Source: an uncultured Actinomycetes bacterium (GTDB taxonomy: Bacteria > Actinomycetota > Thermoleophilia > UBA2241). Taken from it: 64,000 bases of DNA. The notes below the pieces were generated by a model that saw nothing but the letters and a program-made list of their open reading frames with translations, did not search any database and had not been told where the DNA came from. A program made the translations under genes and the position numbers. Shown piece after piece: positions 31,487 through 41,181 of this stretch. Numbering within the stretch: position 1 is the first letter of the stretch; each line of letters starts with the position of its first letter. Location of the stretch: contig CAWAPD010000006.1 in the NCBI GenBank assembly GCA_963783865.1, positions 103,199 to 167,198 on the forward strand, given 5' to 3'.

Positions 31487-34138
31487 GTGACTGTGGACCG
31501 AGAACCGGGCGGCGGCGTGCCGGCCGCCGAGATCAGACGCGCCTTCCAGGACTTCTTCGTGGCGCACGGCCACGCCACGCCGCCGCCCGCCTCGCTGGTG
31601 CCGGCCGGCGACCCCAGCGTGCTGTTCACCACCGCCGGCATGCAGCAGTTCAAACCGTACTACCTGGGCGTCGAGACGCCGCCGGCGGGCCGGCTCACCA
31701 CCTGCCAGCGGTGCTTCCGCACCTCGGACATCGAGAACGTCGGCCGCACGGCGCGGCACCTGACCTTCTTCGAGATGCTCGGCAACTTCTCGATCGGCGA
31801 CTACTTCAAGGCCGAGGCCATCGACTGGGCGCTCGAGCTGTCGGCGCAACTCGGCGTCGATCGGTCCCGGGTCAAGGTGAGCGTGTTCGGCGGCGACGAC
31901 CAGGTTCCCGCCGACGACGAGGCGATCGAGCTGTGGCGGGCGCGCGGGTTCGGCGACGACGAGATCGTGCGCCTTGGCCGGGCCGACAACTTCTGGGGTC
32001 CGGCAGGGCCGACCGGTCCCTGTGGGCCGTGCTCCGAGCTGTACTTCGACATGGGTGCCGAGGTCGGCTGCGGCCGGCCCGACTGCGCCCCCGGCTGCGA
32101 CTGCGACCGCTGGATGGAGTACTGGAACCTCGTCTTCGTGCAGTACGAGATGGGGGAGAGGGGCGAGCTCGCGGTGTTGCCGGCCAAGAGCATCGACACC
32201 GGCATGGGCCTCGAACGGGTCAGCGCCGTCAGCCAGGGCGTGGCGACCGTCTACGAGACCGACCTGTTCCGCCCGCTCATCGCCCTCGGCGAGCGGCTGT
32301 CGGGCGTCGACTACGGGTCGAGCGACGCCTCGGTGCGGGCGCTGCGCACCATGGCGGAGCACGCGCGCGGCGTCGCCTTCCTGGTCATGGACGGCGTGCT
32401 GCCGGGCAACGAGGGGCGCGACTACGTGCTGCGCCGGATCATCCGGCGGGCCGTGCAGCAGGCCGTCTCGATCGGCCTCGAGAAGCCGTTCCTGGCCGAG
32501 ATGTGCGGCCAGGTCTGCGAGCTCATGGGCGAGGCGTACCCGGCGCTGGCCGCCAGCCGCGATGCCGTCGTCGAGATCGCCCGCGACGAGGAGGTCCGGT
32601 TCCGGCGCACGATCGAGCAGGGCATGGGCACGCTCGACGAGGCGCTGCGCCGGGCGCGCGACTCCGGCAGCGAGCTGCCGCCCGGGGTCGCCTTCGAGCT
32701 CCACGACACTTACGGGTTCCCCTTCGACCTGACGCGCGAGATCGTCCAGGACGCCGGCATGAGCGTCGACGAGGAGGGGTTCGAGCGGCTCATGGCCGCG
32801 CAGCGCGAGCGCGCCCGCTCCGCGCAGCGCGCCGGCGAGACGGGCCCGGGCGAGATCGAGGCTTTCCAGCGCGAGACCGCCGACCGGGTCACGACTTTCG
32901 TCGGCTACGAGCGGCTCGAGCTCTACACGATGATCCGGGCGCTGCGCGAGCTGGGCGACGGGCGCGTGGCTCTCAAGCTCGAGGAGTCGCCGTTCTACGC
33001 CGAGGGCGGCGGCCAGGTCGCCGACGCCGGATGGATCCACACCGACGCCGGCAAGCTCGACGTGGTCGACGTCGTCCGGTTCGAGGGCGACCAGGTCATC
33101 GTGGCCCGGGTCACGGAAGGCGCGGTCGCCGAAGGCGACCGCGCCAAGGCGATGGTCAACGCGGTGCGCCGCCACCAGACGGCCTGCAACCACACGGCCA
33201 CTCACCTGCTGCACAACGCGCTGCGCATCGTGATCGGCGACGACGTGCGCCAGGGAGGCTCGCTGGTGAGTCCCGACAAGCTGCGCTTCGACTACAAGAC
33301 GCGCCGGGCGCCGACCGCGGCGGAGTTGCGGCAGATCGAGGACCTGGTCAACCGACGCATCGTCGAGAACCACCCCGTGCGGCCGTTCGTGACCACCCGC
33401 GAGTACGCGGCCGAGATCGGCGCCCTCGCCTTCTTCGAGGAGAAGTACGGCGAGTTCGTGCGCGTGCTCGAGATCGACGAGTTCAGCCGCGAGCTGTGCG
33501 GCGGCACCCACGTGTCGTCGACGTCGCAGATCGGCCCGTTCAAGATCACCGCCAGCACCTCGGTGGGGGCCAACACGCGGCGTGTCGAGGCGGTCACCTC
33601 CGCCGCCGCGATCGAGTACTACCGCACGGCCGACCGGCGCCTCGAGGCTCTGGCCGGTACGCTCGGCGTCGCCCGCGACCGCGTCGAGGCGGCGCTCGAG
33701 CGGCGGCTCGGCGAGATCGACGAGCTCCGCCGCAAGGCCACGGCCGTAGAGAGCGGCGAGGCCGCCGGTCAGCTCGAGGCGCTGCTCGCGACGGCGCAGA
33801 CGGTCGCCGGCGTGCCCGTCGTCGCCGGCAGTCCCAGCGTCGAGGCGCCCGACGACCTGCTGACGCTCGCCGACCAGGTGCGCGAGCGTCGGGCCGACGC
33901 GATCGTGATCCTCGCCAGCGACGTCGGCGGCCGGGTCGCGGCCGTGGTGGCCGTCGGCGACGGGGCCGTCGGTCGTGGCGTGCGGGCCGGCGACCTGCTC
34001 GCCGACATGCTGCCCCACATCGACGGCAAAGGCGGCGGCAAGCCGACGCTGGCGCGCGGCGGCGGGCCCGGCGTGACCGGCATCGCCGCCGCGCTCGAAG
34101 CCGGCGGCGCGAAGGTCCAGAGCCTGCTCGGAGGCTAG
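31487..34138 (+). CDS. alaS: Alanine--tRNA ligase
   Basis: LFTTAGMQQFK, HLTFFEMLGNFS, DTGMGLER, NHTATHLLH, ELCGGTH, GKGGGKP. Confidence 0.97.
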   Translation: MTVDREPGGGVPAAEIRRAFQDFFVAHGHATPPPASLVPAGDPSVLFTTAGMQQFKPYYLGVETPPAGRLTTCQRCFRTSDIENVGRTARHLTFFEMLGNFSIGDYFKAEAIDWALELSAQLGVDRSRVKVSVFGGDDQVPADDEAIELWRARGFGDDEIVRLGRADNFWGPAGPTGPCGPCSELYFDMGAEVGCGRPDCAPGCDCDRWMEYWNLVFVQYEMGERGELAVLPAKSIDTGMGLERVSAVSQGVATVYETDLFRPLIALGERLSGVDYGSSDASVRALRTMAEHARGVAFLVMDGVLPGNEGRDYVLRRIIRRAVQQAVSIGLEKPFLAEMCGQVCELMGEAYPALAASRDAVVEIARDEEVRFRRTIEQGMGTLDEALRRARDSGSELPPGVAFELHDTYGFPFDLTREIVQDAGMSVDEEGFERLMAAQRERARSAQRAGETGPGEIEAFQRETADRVTTFVGYERLELYTMIRALRELGDGRVALKLEESPFYAEGGGQVADAGWIHTDAGKLDVVDVVRFEGDQVIVARVTEGAVAEGDRAKAMVNAVRRHQTACNHTATHLLHNALRIVIGDDVRQGGSLVSPDKLRFDYKTRRAPTAAELRQIEDLVNRRIVENHPVRPFVTTREYAAEIGALAFFEEKYGEFVRVLEIDEFSRELCGGTHVSSTSQIGPFKITASTSVGANTRRVEAVTSAAAIEYYRTADRRLEALAGTLGVARDRVEAALERRLGEIDELRRKATAVESGEAAGQLEALLATAQTVAGVPVVAGSPSVEAPDDLLTLADQVRERRADAIVILASDVGGRVAAVVAVGDGAVGRGVRAGDLLADMLPHIDGKGGGKPTLARGGGPGVTGIAAALEAGGAKVQSLLGG

Positions 34139-34540
34139 GTGCGGCTGCTCGCGCTCGATTACGGAGCCGCGCGCACGGGGGTGGCCGTGTGCGACGCGAC
34201 CGGCACGATCGCGCGCCCCCTCGCGGTCGTGGAGCGGGCGGGCACGCCCCAAGGGCTCGCGCGCGTCGCCGCCATCGTGGCCGAGCAGCGGCCCGAGCGG
34301 GTCGTCGTCGGTCTGCCGGTTTCGCTGGACGGCGCCGAGCATGCCCAGGCGAGGGAGGTGCGCGGCTTCGTCGCCCGGCTGAGCGCCGCCGTCGACGTGC
34401 CGGTCGTGACCTTCGACGAGCGCTTCACGACCACGATCGCGCAACAGAAGGGAGGCCGCCGCCCGCTCGACGCGCGGGCGGCGGCCCAGATCCTGCAGGA
34501 CTACCTCGACAGCCATGGACCGGGGCCCGGTCATGCCTGA
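34139..34540 (+). CDS. ruvX: YqgF/RuvX pre-16S rRNA nuclease
   Basis: LALDYG..RTGVA.CD, VVGLP, DERFTT, AAAQILQDYLD. Confidence 0.92.
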   Translation: MRLLALDYGAARTGVAVCDATGTIARPLAVVERAGTPQGLARVAAIVAEQRPERVVVGLPVSLDGAEHAQAREVRGFVARLSAAVDVPVVTFDERFTTTIAQQKGGRRPLDARAAAQILQDYLDSHGPGPGHA

Positions 34541-35720
34541 GCCGCCACAGTCGCCGTCGCCCGGCGAGAGCGCCGCCGAGCGGCGCGCCCGCGAGCGCGC
34601 CGCGCGTGAGGGGCGCCGCACGGCGGCGCAGCAGCCGCGGCGCAGGAAGCCTCGCCGCCGACGGGGAGAGGTGCCGGACCCGGCCGCTCGCAGCGCGGCC
34701 GCCCGCCGGCGCCGCCGCACGCTGGCGGCGATCGTGATCGCGGCCTTCGTGTTCCTCGTGATCGTCGGCGTCGGCGCGCTGCTCGTGTCGATCTACTTCT
34801 CGACCGGCTCGCCGGGCCCGCCGGTGACGGTCACCATCCCTGAGGGGTCCTCGCTGCACGACGTCGCGGTGCTGCTCGAACAGGCGGGGGTGGTCAAACG
34901 GGCTCGCGCCTTCGAGATCCGGGTGGAGACCGACGGGCACGCCGGCGACCTCAAGTCGGGCACGTACCGGCTCCATACGAACGAGCCCTACGACTCGCTG
35001 GTCGCCACCCTGCTCAAGGGAGGGACCGTCGTCACCCTGAAGGTCACGCTGCCCGAGGGCCTGACGGCCCGCCAGATGGCGGCCTCGATCGCCCGGCAGG
35101 TGCCGGGGTTCGACGCCAGGTCCTACGTCGACGAGACGCTCGTGCACCCGTTGTCGTTCCACGTGCAGGGCTTCCACAGCGGCGGGCCGCTCGAGGGCTT
35201 CCTGTTCCCCGCGACCTACTCCGTGGGCCCCGCCGTGACCGCCCGCCAGTTCATCCGGCTGCAGCTGACGGCGTTCCGCCGGACCATGGCCGGCATCGAC
35301 CTGGCGCACGCGCGGTCCAGGAACCTGACCACCTACGACGTCGTGACCATCGCCTCCATGGTCGAGCGCGAGGTCCGGGTAGCCGCCGAGCGGCCGCTCG
35401 CGGCGGCCGTCATGTGGAACCGGCTGCACCGGCGCATGCCGCTGCAGATCGACGCCACCGTCGAATACGCGCTGCCGCACTACAAGACGCAGCTGACCTA
35501 CCAGGACCTGAGGGTCCGGTCGCCCTACAACACGTACCTTCACGCCGGGCTGCCGCCGACGCCGATCGCCAACCCGGGGGCGGCGGCGCTGCGCGCCGCC
35601 GCCCACCCTGCCGCCGTCGGTTACCTGTACTACGTGGCCCGCAGCGACGGCAGCGGGCGGCACTACTGGTCGTCCACGTACGCCCGGTTCCTCCAGGACA
35701 AGGCGCGCGCCCAGCAGTGA
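34533..35720 (+). CDS. mltG: Endolytic transglycosylase MltG
   Basis: N-terminal TM, LEGFLFPATY, ASMVERE, LQIDAT, SPYNTY..GLPPTPIANPG. Confidence 0.93.
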   Translation: MPEPPQSPSPGESAAERRARERAAREGRRTAAQQPRRRKPRRRRGEVPDPAARSAAARRRRRTLAAIVIAAFVFLVIVGVGALLVSIYFSTGSPGPPVTVTIPEGSSLHDVAVLLEQAGVVKRARAFEIRVETDGHAGDLKSGTYRLHTNEPYDSLVATLLKGGTVVTLKVTLPEGLTARQMAASIARQVPGFDARSYVDETLVHPLSFHVQGFHSGGPLEGFLFPATYSVGPAVTARQFIRLQLTAFRRTMAGIDLAHARSRNLTTYDVVTIASMVEREVRVAAERPLAAAVMWNRLHRRMPLQIDATVEYALPHYKTQLTYQDLRVRSPYNTYLHAGLPPTPIANPGAAALRAAAHPAAVGYLYYVARSDGSGRHYWSSTYARFLQDKARAQQ

Positions 35721-35799
35721 CTCCGCCGGGTTGCAGGAGGTCGCCGCCCGACGCGAAAGCTAGGCAGCACGTCCGACGGGCTGCGGGAAGGAGACCCTG

Positions 35800-36651
35800 C
35801 TGAGGATCACCGGCACCACCGGCGTCGTCGGGATCATCGGCGATCCCGTCGCGCAGTCGCGGTCGCCTGCCATCCACAACGCCGCCTTCGCCGCCCTCGG
35901 GATCGACATGGTCTACGTGACGTTTCCGGTGGCGGCCGCGACGGTCGCCGAGGCGGTGCGGGGCGTGCGCGCGCTCGGGCTGCGCGGCGTCAACGTGACG
36001 ATGCCGCACAAGCAAAGCTTCGTCGCTGGGCTCGACACGCTGAGCGACGACGCCCGCCTGCTCGACGCCGTGAACACGATCGTCGTCGACGACGGCCGGC
36101 TCGCCGGCCACAACACCGACGTGACGGGGTTCCGCGACGCGCTGCGCGACGTCGTGGCCGACCCCGTCGCGGGCCTGTCGGCCGTGGTCCTGGGCACCGG
36201 CGGCGCGGGCCGCGCCGCCGCCGTGGCGCTGCTGCGCGAGGGCGTGCGGGAGCTGACGCTCGTCGCCCGCACGCCCGCCCACGGCGAGGCGGCGGCGGCG
36301 CGCGTCCGCGCCGCCGGGCCTGAGGCGAGCGTGCGCGTGGTCGCGCTCGCCGGGCTCGACGCGGGAGTCGTGTCGGGTGCCGACATCCTGGTCAACGCGA
36401 CACCCCTCGGCATGCACGCGGGCGGTAAAGTGCCCGGGGTTTTGGTCGATAACATACGTCGGACCCACATAGTCTGTGATGTGGTCTACGCAGAACGGCC
36501 GACGCACCTTCTGGAACAGGCCCGGGCGCACGAGGCGCGGGCGATGGACGGCGTGGACATGCTCGTGTGGCAGGCAGCCGCCTCGTTCGCCCTGTGGACC
36601 GGTCGGGCCGCGCCGCTCGACGTGATGCGAGCGGCGGCAAGGCAGGCGTGA
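35800..36651 (+). CDS. aroE: Shikimate dehydrogenase (probable CTG start)
   Basis: IGDPVAQSRSPAIHN, NVTMPHK, AVNT, NTDVTG, GTGGAGRA, NATPLGM. Confidence 0.92.
   Translation: MRITGTTGVVGIIGDPVAQSRSPAIHNAAFAALGIDMVYVTFPVAAATVAEAVRGVRALGLRGVNVTMPHKQSFVAGLDTLSDDARLLDAVNTIVVDDGRLAGHNTDVTGFRDALRDVVADPVAGLSAVVLGTGGAGRAAAVALLREGVRELTLVARTPAHGEAAAARVRAAGPEASVRVVALAGLDAGVVSGADILVNATPLGMHAGGKVPGVLVDNIRRTHIVCDVVYAERPTHLLEQARAHEARAMDGVDMLVWQAAASFALWTGRAAPLDVMRAAARQA
36426..36452 (+). promoter_or_regulatory. Sigma28/WhiG-like promoter inside aroE, upstream of pilB
   Basis: TAAA-N15-GTCGATAA in a local AT-rich, rare-codon patch. Confidence 0.72.
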
Positions 36652-36663
36652 GGACAAGCTGCG

Positions 36664-38733
36664 ATGAAGATCGACGACAGCGGGCTGCTCGACGAGATCC
36701 TCGACGCCGGGGACGCGGACGACGGATCCGGCGACGGTGACGCGCGCGCCGCATCGGGTCGGGCCAAGAAGCGACGGAAGGACGGAGGGGCGCTGGACGA
36801 CATCGACGGCATGGTGCTCGATCCTCTGGCGGGGCTGGACGAGGGCGACGACACATCGGGGGTGATGCCGATCCCCGAGGTCGACACGACCATCGAGATC
36901 GTCGGCGGCTCGATCGAGGATGCGCTCGAGCCCGATGCAGACGAAGAGGGGGATGACGGCGCATCGGCCGAGAAGAGCGGCGTGACCTCGGTCCTCGAGC
37001 GCCTCGAGGCGGCCGATGCCGCCGCCGCGGCCGGTAGCCCGGTCCCCCTCAAGGCCTCGAAGAAGCGCCTGGGCGAGATCCTCGCCGACATGGGACTGGT
37101 GACCGAGGAGCAGGTCGAGAGCGCCCTGGGGCGGCAGAAGGAGACCCGCAAGCGCCTGGGCCAGCTCCTGCTCGAGGACGGCGTCGTCAGCGAGCTCGAC
37201 CTCGCCAAGGCACTGGCCGCCAAGTTCGGGATCGAGTACCTCGACCTCACCGCCACCCAGGTCGACATGCAGGCGGCCAGCCTGATCTCCGAGAAGCTCT
37301 GCCGGCGCTACTCCGTCATGCCCATCCGCTTCGTCGACTCCAACACGCTGCAGGTCGCCATGGTCGACCCGGCCAACGTGCTGGCGATCGACGACCTGCG
37401 GATCATGACCGGCTACGACATCACGCCCGCGATCGCCAGCGAAGAAGACGTCTTCGGGGCGATCGGCAAGGTCAACCGCCTCGACGACCACGTGACCGAG
37501 AACGCCGAAGAGAACGCCGCGCTCAAGGACATCGTGGATGACGTCCACGACATCCGCGAACAGACCGAAGAGGCCCCCATCGTCAAGCTCGTGAACTCGG
37601 TCATCGCCCAGTCGGTCGACGACGGAGCCAGCGACATCCACTTCGAGCCCCAGGCCAAAGACCTCGTCGTGCGGTTCCGCATGGACGGCGTGCTGCACGA
37701 GATCATGTCGGTGCCGCGCCGCATGCAGAGCGGCGTTCTCAGCCGCCTGAAGATCATGGCCGAGCTGGACATCGCCGAGCGGCGCATCCCGCAGGACGGG
37801 CGCATCGGTCTGGTGGTCGGCGGCAAGCCGATCGACATGCGCGTGGCGACGCTGCCGACCGTGTACGGCGAGAAGATCGTCATGCGCCTCCTGGACAAGT
37901 CGAACGTCATGCTCAACCTGACCGACCTGGGCTTCTCGGAGAAGTCGCTCAAACGCTTCCAGCGCTCGTTCACGAAGCCGTACGGCGCCATCCTGGTCAC
38001 GGGGCCGACCGGCTCGGGCAAGTCGACCACGCTGTACGCGGCGCTGAACATCCTGAACTCGACCGAGAAGAACATCATCACCGTCGAGGACCCGGTGGAG
38101 TACCGGCTCGGCGGCATCAACCAGGTGCAGGTGAACATGAAGGCCGGCATGACGTTCGCCGCGGCCCTGCGCTCGATCCTGCGCTGCGACCCGGACATCG
38201 TGATGATCGGTGAGATCCGCGACCGCGAGACGGCTTCCATCGCCGTGGAGTCGGCCCTCACCGGCCACCTCGTCCTCAGCACGCTCCACACAAACGACGC
38301 GCCGGGCGCGTTGTCTCGCCTGACCGAGATGGGCATCGAACCCTTCCTCACCTCGTCGGCCGTGGACTGCGTTCTCGCCCAGCGCCTGGCGCGTCGTTTG
38401 TGTAAGGAGTGCAAGGAGGCCTACGAGCCGAGCCAGGAGATGCTGAAGAAGAACGACTTCCCGCCGGAGGTCTTCGAGATGGACAAGGTCGTCCTCTACA
38501 AGCCCAAGGGCTGCAGCCGCTGCAACAACACCGGCTACAAGGGAAGGCTCGGCCTCTACGAGGTCATGATCGTCAGCGAAGCCATCCGAAGGCTCACGGT
38601 CGAACGCAAAAGTGCCGATGAGATCGCACGAGTAGCGCAGGCCGAGGGCATGAAGTCGTTGCGCGAGGACGGGATCGAGAAGGTCCTTCAGGGGATGACC
38701 TCGGTCGAAGAGATCGCCAGGGTCATCATCTGA
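36664..38733 (+). CDS. pilB: Type IV pilus assembly ATPase PilB with MshEN c-di-GMP-binding domain
   Basis: RLGEILADMGLVTEEQVESALGRQ and RLGQLLLEDG motifs; ASDIHFEP, GPTGSGKSTT, LSTLHTN, CxxC..CxxC. Confidence 0.95.
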   Translation: MKIDDSGLLDEILDAGDADDGSGDGDARAASGRAKKRRKDGGALDDIDGMVLDPLAGLDEGDDTSGVMPIPEVDTTIEIVGGSIEDALEPDADEEGDDGASAEKSGVTSVLERLEAADAAAAAGSPVPLKASKKRLGEILADMGLVTEEQVESALGRQKETRKRLGQLLLEDGVVSELDLAKALAAKFGIEYLDLTATQVDMQAASLISEKLCRRYSVMPIRFVDSNTLQVAMVDPANVLAIDDLRIMTGYDITPAIASEEDVFGAIGKVNRLDDHVTENAEENAALKDIVDDVHDIREQTEEAPIVKLVNSVIAQSVDDGASDIHFEPQAKDLVVRFRMDGVLHEIMSVPRRMQSGVLSRLKIMAELDIAERRIPQDGRIGLVVGGKPIDMRVATLPTVYGEKIVMRLLDKSNVMLNLTDLGFSEKSLKRFQRSFTKPYGAILVTGPTGSGKSTTLYAALNILNSTEKNIITVEDPVEYRLGGINQVQVNMKAGMTFAAALRSILRCDPDIVMIGEIRDRETASIAVESALTGHLVLSTLHTNDAPGALSRLTEMGIEPFLTSSAVDCVLAQRLARRLCKECKEAYEPSQEMLKKNDFPPEVFEMDKVVLYKPKGCSRCNNTGYKGRLGLYEVMIVSEAIRRLTVERKSADEIARVAQAEGMKSLREDGIEKVLQGMTSVEEIARVII

Positions 38734-38758
38734 CGAGACCGGCAAGGGGACGAGGGAC

Positions 38759-39838
38759 ATGGATCTGGTCGACATTCTGCTGGAAGTGCTCGAGAGGGAC
38801 GCGAGCGACCTGCACCTCACCGTGGGGGCGCCGCCGATCATCCGCACCAACGGCGTGCTCGAACGCCTCGACTACCCCCGACTCGGCGCCAACGACACGC
38901 GCGAGCTCATCTACAGCATCCTGTCGCAGGACCAGCGGCAGCGCCTCGAGAACGAGTGGGAGATGGACTTCTCGTACTCGGTGCCGGGCCGCGCCCGGTT
39001 CCGCGTCAACGCGTACTTCCAGCGCAACAGCCTCGGCGCCGCCTTCCGTCTGATCCCGGTGCAGATCAAGAAGCTCGACGAGCTGGGGCTGCCCAAGGCG
39101 CTGCATCAATTGACCACCAAGCCACGCGGATTCGTCGTCGTGACCGGGCCGACCGGCTCTGGCAAGTCGACCAGCCTGGCCGCGATGATCGACGAGATCA
39201 ACGAGGTCCGCGAAGAGCACATCATGACGATCGAGGACCCGATCGAGTTCCTGCATCGCCACAAGAAGTGCATGGTCAACCAGCGCGAGGTGGGCGCGGA
39301 CACGAAGTCTTTCAACCGCGCCCTCAAGAGCGTGCTGCGCCAGGACCCGGACGTGATCCTCGTGGGCGAGATGCGCGACACCGAGACGATGGCGACCGCG
39401 CTGACGGCGGCCGAGACCGGCCACCTCGTGTTCGCGACGCTGCACACGCAGGACGCCCCGCAGACGATCGACCGCATCATCGACGTGTTCCCGCCGCATC
39501 AGCAGGAGCAGATCAGGGTGCAGCTCTCGACGACCCTGATGGGCGTCTGCACCCAGCAGCTGCTGCCGACCCGCGACGGCCGCGGCCGCTGCGTCGCCTG
39601 CGAGCTGCTGATCCCCACGCCGGCCGTCCGCAACCTGATCCGCGAAGGCAAGACCCATCAGATCTACTCGGTGATGCAGACCGGCACCCAGTACGGCATG
39701 GTGACCATGGACGCCGCGCTGGCCGACCTCGTGCGGCGCGGCGTCATCTCGCGCGAGCTCGCCGAACGCCGGTCGAGCACGCCCGAAGACCTCCGCCGCC
39801 TGCTCGGCGTAGGCGGTCAGACCGCCCGCACGGCCTAA
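38759..39838 (+). CDS. pilT: Type IV pilus retraction ATPase PilT
   Basis: ASDLHL, GPTGSGKSTS, LRQDPDVILVGEMRD, AVRNLIRE. Confidence 0.95.
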   Translation: MDLVDILLEVLERDASDLHLTVGAPPIIRTNGVLERLDYPRLGANDTRELIYSILSQDQRQRLENEWEMDFSYSVPGRARFRVNAYFQRNSLGAAFRLIPVQIKKLDELGLPKALHQLTTKPRGFVVVTGPTGSGKSTSLAAMIDEINEVREEHIMTIEDPIEFLHRHKKCMVNQREVGADTKSFNRALKSVLRQDPDVILVGEMRDTETMATALTAAETGHLVFATLHTQDAPQTIDRIIDVFPPHQQEQIRVQLSTTLMGVCTQQLLPTRDGRGRCVACELLIPTPAVRNLIREGKTHQIYSVMQTGTQYGMVTMDAALADLVRRGVISRELAERRSSTPEDLRRLLGVGGQTARTA

Positions 39839-39862
39839 AGGTATGGGCCGAGATGGCGAAGA
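39836..39862 (+). promoter_or_regulatory. Possible sigma28/WhiG-like promoter upstream of pilC
   Basis: TAAA (overlapping the pilT TAA stop)-N15-GGCGAAGA; -10 is degenerate. Confidence 0.4.
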
Positions 39863-39931
39863 AGAAGCTGTGACAGCAGCACGGACGTCAGTCCCGGCTC
39901 GTCCGGGCCGAGCGAAGGAGCACTGAGGGCG

Positions 39932-41155
39932 ATGGCAACGTTCGCATACAAGGCTCTCGATGCGAAGGGCGCCTCGATGAGCGGGCAGGTCGACGGCTCC
40001 AGCAAGGCTGAGGTCGCCGCCACGCTGCGCAACAAAGGACTGACCGTCGTCGACCTGAACGAGGTCAAGAAGGGCCTGGCCTCGATCGACATCTTCGCCG
40101 GCATGCAGCGCGTCAAGTCCAAGGACCTGACGGTCTTCTCCCGCCAGTTCGCGACGATGATCAACTCGGGCCTGTCCATGCTGCGCGCGCTGTCGGTCCT
40201 CGAGGAGCAGACCGAGAACAAGAAGCTCGCCGAGGTGATCTCTGCGGTCCGGGCCGACGTCGAGGCCGGCATCTCCCTGTCCGACGCGCTCGAGAAGCAT
40301 CCCAAAGTCTTCAGCCGCCTGTACGTCAGCATGGTCCGCGCCGGCGAGATCGGCGGTATCCTCGATGAGGTCCTCAACCGTCTTGCCGCGCAGCTCGAGA
40401 AGGACGACAGCATCAAGCGCGCGGTCAAGTCGGCGATGGTCTACCCGATCATGATCGGCGCTTTCGCCATCATCGTGCTCATCGGCATGGTGCTGTTCCT
40501 GATCCCCATCTTCGCCGGCATGTACAAGTCGATGGGCAACGCCAAGTTGCCGATGCTGACGCGGATCATGGTCGGGGCCTCGAACGTGATGAAGAGCTGG
40601 CGCGGAGCGATCGTGCTGGCCGTGATCATCGGGGTCGTGATCGTCGTCCGCAGGGTCAAGGCGACGCCGCAGGGCACGATGGCCTGGGACCGCTTCAAGC
40701 TGAACATCCCGATGGGCATCGGCGAGATCATGCGCAAGATGGCCGTGGCGCGCTTCTCGCGCACCCTGGGCACCCTGATCTCCAGCGGCGTGCCGATCCT
40801 GCAGGCGCTCGAGATCACCGGCAAGGCCGCCGGCAACGCCCTGATCGAGAAGGTCATGATGGACGTGCAGACGAACGTCAAGGAAGGCCAGACGATCTCC
40901 GAACCGCTCCAGGGTGTCAGCGTCTTCCCCGAGATGGTCGTGCAGATGATCGCCGTCGGCGAGGAGACCGGCTCGCTCGACCAGATGCTCCAGAAGGTCG
41001 CCGACTTCTACGAGGACGAGGTGAACGCGGCCGTGAAGTCGCTGACCTCGATCCTCGAGCCGATCATGATGCTCGGGGTGGGCGCGCTGGTGGGCACGGT
41101 CGTCATCTCGATGTACCTGCCGATCTTCAACATGATGAACGTCGTGAAGCAGTGA
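39932..41155 (+). CDS. pilC: Type IV pilus platform protein PilC (GspF family)
   Basis: FSRQFATMINSG, AGEIGG, SAMVYP, GEETGSLD, LEPIMM, MYLPIF. Confidence 0.94.
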   Translation: MATFAYKALDAKGASMSGQVDGSSKAEVAATLRNKGLTVVDLNEVKKGLASIDIFAGMQRVKSKDLTVFSRQFATMINSGLSMLRALSVLEEQTENKKLAEVISAVRADVEAGISLSDALEKHPKVFSRLYVSMVRAGEIGGILDEVLNRLAAQLEKDDSIKRAVKSAMVYPIMIGAFAIIVLIGMVLFLIPIFAGMYKSMGNAKLPMLTRIMVGASNVMKSWRGAIVLAVIIGVVIVVRRVKATPQGTMAWDRFKLNIPMGIGEIMRKMAVARFSRTLGTLISSGVPILQALEITGKAAGNALIEKVMMDVQTNVKEGQTISEPLQGVSVFPEMVVQMIAVGEETGSLDQMLQKVADFYEDEVNAAVKSLTSILEPIMMLGVGALVGTVVISMYLPIFNMMNVVKQ

Positions 41156-41181
41156 CGCGCTAAGCGTCACACGGGGAGCGC

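Noticed and set aside
31388-38850. Very long minus-strand and alternate-frame ORFs (e.g. 31388-34720, 35410-38850, 10481-13411, 19072-21996)
   Set aside because: Shadow ORFs of high-GC genes: Arg/Gly/Ala-rich, no motifs, fully overlapping well-supported + strand genes.
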